Assembly (NCBI GenBank): GCA_045106415.1
Contig: JBGCEP010000008.1
Coordinates: forward strand, 1 to 40,659
Reading direction: 5' to 3'
DNA length: 40,659 nt
Origin: Oligoflexales bacterium
Lineage (GTDB): Bacteria > Bdellovibrionota_B > Oligoflexia > Oligoflexales > Bog-1112
A model generated the notes under the pieces. That model was not told where the DNA came from and did no database searches. It was given only the letters and a program-made list of their open reading frames with translations. Of the stretch, positions 37,128 through 40,659 are shown in pieces; within the stretch, counting starts at the first letter, position 1, and each line of letters begins with the position of its first letter. The position numbers were made by a program, and so were the translations under genes.

Positions 37128-38054
37128 ATGATGCTAAATTTAAAGAGTACTCTAATTTATTGCACTCTCTTCGCAGTTCTTTCTTGCGGCACCGCTGAAG
37201 AAGACACAGAGCCACAAGAACATGATAACGACCCGAAAAGCTCTGATGTTGAACAAAGCTCAAGCCACACATTTGAGAATGATAATGTTCACCCGCCAGC
37301 ACCTATCACAGGAGCTTATTTAAGCTGTCAAAAAGTTGATGTTTATACGTACTGTCGAATACAAGCTTCATATTCGAATATAAAAAAGATAAACCAAGAT
37401 ATCTCTTGGGAAGTTTCTTCTTATGCTGACGACATTGAGTATTTAGACGAGCAGTCATCATGGCATATTCGTATAGAAAATTCGGATGAAGATGAAGTTT
37501 CTATTCATGCGACTCTTCCATCTAAAGAAGAGTTTTCATATTTCCACAACATCAAACGTGCTACAGATACAGAAAAAAATTGCCCCCCATATACGACTTT
37601 TTATCAAGATAATTGCATTATTGCCGCAGGAAGAAACACCTATACTCAAAAAAACATAACTTTTTCAAACCTAACGCTTGAGAATGATAATTACAGCAGT
37701 TTTCGATCATATTTACCATACCCTATGATCTACATTGATGAATCACTCGAGGTTGAGTTATCCATCGATTGGGAACAAAGTGATATACAATGCGATACTA
37801 AAAATTGTGACACGAAATTTGCGGTTTTTCTCTTAAGACAAAACAGCCAAAAAAAATGGATAAAAAGAAGTTATTTATGTTTTGAGCCAGACCTTTTCTC
37901 TATTAAAGGAAAATTCTATGGTGTTTTTGACATTCCCGATTCTTATAGCATTTATTATATTTCTCAGCCAATCATTATAGATGGTCAGTGCAATGATTTT
38001 TCAATAGAAAAATCAATAAAAAAAATAGAGGTTTTTGGAGCAACTCTCCCTTGA
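37128..38054 (+). CDS. Hypothetical lipoprotein
   Basis: RBS GAGGAG; lipobox VLSC; P.PITGAYLSC motif, several Cys pairs. Confidence 0.7.
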   Translation: MMLNLKSTLIYCTLFAVLSCGTAEEDTEPQEHDNDPKSSDVEQSSSHTFENDNVHPPAPITGAYLSCQKVDVYTYCRIQASYSNIKKINQDISWEVSSYADDIEYLDEQSSWHIRIENSDEDEVSIHATLPSKEEFSYFHNIKRATDTEKNCPPYTTFYQDNCIIAAGRNTYTQKNITFSNLTLENDNYSSFRSYLPYPMIYIDESLEVELSIDWEQSDIQCDTKNCDTKFAVFLLRQNSQKKWIKRSYLCFEPDLFSIKGKFYGVFDIPDSYSIYYISQPIIIDGQCNDFSIEKSIKKIEVFGATLP

Positions 38055-38119
38055 AAAGATTATAATCTCTTAATCATCTTTAATCATTTAGATATAGTTA
38101 AATCATTAGCGTATTCTAT

Positions 38120-38468
38120 ATGAGATGAAAACATACTGTATCCGACCTATATAACTTATGATCAACGGCAAGTAGTTTCGCAATTTTTCAGTGCGTTTAG
38201 GTGTTCAGATAATAGGCGCAAGCACCCTATCCATTTGGTTCTGGATGCTATTTTCTATGTTGTTGACAACAGCATAAAAGGTGGGAACCACCAAATGACT
38301 TCCCGCCTTGAAAGACGATTTATCACCACTTCAATGATTGGCCCTTTAAACAAATTTGGGAGAGATTCAATCTGAATTTAATGAAAACAAAGAGAGAAAA
38401 AGCCGGAGGGGAACGATCACTATCACTCATATCTGTGGACTCTCAATCTCAGGCCACAGAATATGGTG
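38120..38468 (+). pseudogene. IS5-family (IS1031/IS427-like) transposase N-terminal remnant
   Basis: YPT..T.DQ, LDAIFYVV, P.DFPP*KTIYHHF..W, R.K.G...S...VDSQS; stops/frameshifts; truncated after the first catalytic Asp. Confidence 0.8.
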
Positions 38469-38698
38469 TTTTGGATAAAAAATTGGATTTCAACTTGTTG
38501 CCTTGTCGTAGCATTAACTGCAGCGTCTATTTGATACGGAATGATACCAAAATTCCAAGGAGTATAATTTACCATAGATGTTAACCCTAATTCATCTTGT
38601 TGGAAAATCATATCTCCTATAGTAATTTGATCTGAATATACAGTCTCACTCAAAACAAAGAAAGTTGAATACAATAAAATTTTCTTTAAGGTTTTCAT
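38465..38698 (-). pseudogene. Truncated secreted astacin-like (M12A) metallopeptidase N-terminus
   Basis: Signal peptide, GDMIF propeptide-like motif, W.FGIIPYQI; runs into the IS remnant before any HExxH. Confidence 0.55.
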
Positions 38699-38712
38699 AA
38701 AGTCTACCTTTC

Positions 38713-39126
38713 CTATATGTTTTTTTCTAAATAATATTTTATTTCGTTCAGCAAGATATACTCCCTATTATCACTAACAGTAATGATGTACATTGAATCA
38801 ATGATATTTACTTGATTTCCTTGTATAGAGTATTTTTTCCTATACTTAGTATCTTCACCTGGAAAAGTGAAATCTACAGTATCAACTCCAAATTTAAAAA
38901 AACCAGCTTGATCACATCCTTCGCCCCCAACATCTTCACATGAAAATGGAGCTACCTTACCGACAAAAATTTTATTTTTAATCCATTGAGACAAATTTTC
39001 TTCTGAGGAATTTTGAGTTTGATCTCCATTCTCATTTTCTGAATTTTTCCCCTCATACCCACACTTAACATGACACAAAGAAATCAAAAAAATGGTCGAA
39101 AAAACAATATTTTTCAATTCAGTCAC
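38713..39126 (-). CDS. Hypothetical lipoprotein
   Basis: GTG start, hydrophobic N-terminus with Cys (HVKC), C....GGEGC motif. Confidence 0.6.
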   Translation of the reverse strand: MTELKNIVFSTIFLISLCHVKCGYEGKNSENENGDQTQNSSEENLSQWIKNKIFVGKVAPFSCEDVGGEGCDQAGFFKFGVDTVDFTFPGEDTKYRKKYSIQGNQVNIIDSMYIITVSDNREYILLNEIKYYLEKNI

Positions 39127-39330
39127 CTTAAAAAATTGATTAATGAATCATTGATTCTATTTATTAATACTTATTTATTAATACTTAGATCAACACCAAC
39201 ATGTTATTTACTGACAATCTCTTTTCTTATCACTACTCGTCATATGTAGATTTCTGCCATAAGCATGATATTGCTTGAACTTAAGTAATAATAAATACAA
39301 ATATATAACCTTAAATGATCAAGAAATATA

Positions 39331-39717
39331 TTAAATGTCTTGATCATTTAAGGTTTTAATACCTGATATCCAATCACCACATTTGATAGATCCACAGCTT
39401 TTGTCTGATGGTAAATTGATTTTTACGATTGTTTTTTCCGTCTTCTCAATAATTCTAAACATTGCAAGACATGCCTTAGATGATAAATGACCTTTATTGC
39501 CTTCAAAATTACATACTTTTAAAGGTAACTTTCGTGATACAATGTAAGGATTCTCAAGAATATCATCAATCTTCTTTGAAGTTTGTTTTTCTAATAGATC
39601 AACCGTAATTTTTAGAGTATTATTTTTAATACCAACGCCTCTGACTTTTAAAAGGCACGCTCCAAAGCTTGAATTACATAAAGAATACATCATACTTACT
39701 GCAATTAAACACTTCAT
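39331..39717 (-). CDS. Hypothetical small secreted protein
   Basis: RBS AAGGAG; signal-like MKCLIAVSMMYSLCNSSFG; Cys-rich. Confidence 0.6.
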   Translation of the reverse strand: MKCLIAVSMMYSLCNSSFGACLLKVRGVGIKNNTLKITVDLLEKQTSKKIDDILENPYIVSRKLPLKVCNFEGNKGHLSSKACLAMFRIIEKTEKTIVKINLPSDKSCGSIKCGDWISGIKTLNDQDI

Positions 39718-39737
39718 ATTTCACTCCTTATATAAGT

Positions 39738-39965
39738 TTAAACATCATTTGGATAAAAACCGGACCAATTTTCTTGACAAATACCACCGCTTGCTTTTAG
39801 ATTTGGATCTATATGAAACCATAATCTTTTATTTGATAAGATTCCACTCAAAGTTAATTTTAACTGTTCATCTAGACCACCAAACATGGATTCATTATTA
39901 TGAATCATAACAATTTTATCATGACAGCCATAAGTTGCGAGATCTGCAATAATAGATTTGAAATA
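39738..39965 (-). pseudogene. 3' remnant of a gene interrupted by IS630
   Basis: The ORF's ATG (39969-39971) lies inside the IS630 end; the open frame continues from the TA junction. Confidence 0.45.
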
Positions 39966-40659
39966 TAGCATTGGCCAAATTTATTTACTCATTATCTTCA
40001 AAGCTATACAAGCAGCATCATAAATAGAATCACATCCATCCCTGAGAACTTTTCGTATTTTTGTTTTAACTTGATGCCACTTGTGTTCGATAGGATTAAG
40101 ATCTGGACTATACGGAGGAAGGTATAGAACTTCTGCCCCATACTCTTGAGCTATTTGAACAATATCTGAGGACTTATGAAATGAAGCATTATCAAGTACA
40201 ATAACCGTGTTTCCATCTAAATGTGGGATTAAAACCTTCTCAAGGTAAGCATTCAAAACCTCTGCTGTGCAACTTCCTTCAAATACAAATGGAGCAATAA
40301 TTTCGTTATGGTTGTTGAGTGATCCAATGATATTAATAGCTTTATCTTGTGAACTTTCTTTTAAACCATGGAGCCTGGAACTTTTATGACTCCATCCATG
40401 TTGACAGGATTCATTTTTCTTAACGCCACATTCATCGAGATAAATAATGTTTTTATCCTTTTATTATTTATTTCCTTTTGAAAGTCACTCCGATTTTTAT
40501 CGCAGAGATTTTTGTATCCAAATGTTTTTTTTATTTGTAAAACCGATAAGCCGCAAGTATCGACGAATACTCCGTGGAGAAATATCCCCCCAATCTTGAG
40601 CCATTTCTTCGGAACTTCTATCAGGTTTTTCTTCTACAAATTTTCTAAATTTTTCCAAG
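39964..40659 (-). mobile_element. IS630-family element (runs off the right edge), transposase frameshifted
   Basis: YLDECG, IIAPFVFEG, VLDNASFH, LPPYSPDLNPIE..W; A8 slippage site 40525-40532 (T.KK/T) plus a second frameshift near 40460; ends at ...GCTATA (TA target). Confidence 0.92.

Overview
AT-rich bacterial chromosomal window. It most likely comes from Bdellovibrionota/Oligoflexia (inference from a Bd0055/Bd3044-like histone gene, many Cys-lipobox orphan lipoproteins and recurrent sigma28-like promoters). Housekeeping genes are a FabK/NMO-family flavoenzyme, proline dehydrogenase, trhO, neuC, proS and mtnA. They are mixed with a TonB-dependent receptor/lipoprotein pair, a large Ig-repeat/RCC1-propeller lipoprotein, a Zn metalloprotease and five decayed IS remnants (IS607/TnpB, IS903-like IS5, IS3, IS1031-like IS5, IS630). 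Highlights: (1) a zinc-finger-fused bacterial histone; (2) a signal-peptide PRPP-synthetase-like protein with a duplicated N-terminal domain whose copies keep complementary halves of the ATP-site motifs; (3) a PilZ/PhcB-like methyltransferase paired with a membrane adenylate cyclase, a candidate signal-synthase/receptor pair; (4) a Sec-exported YopJ/CE-clan-like enzyme next to IS debris; (5) an exported VTC-fold protein and a eukaryote-type cyclophilin; (6) a CCGAW sigma28-like motif 24-36 nt upstream of seven genes. No rRNA, tRNA or CRISPR array was seen. All family calls come from motif recognition by eye, not database searches.
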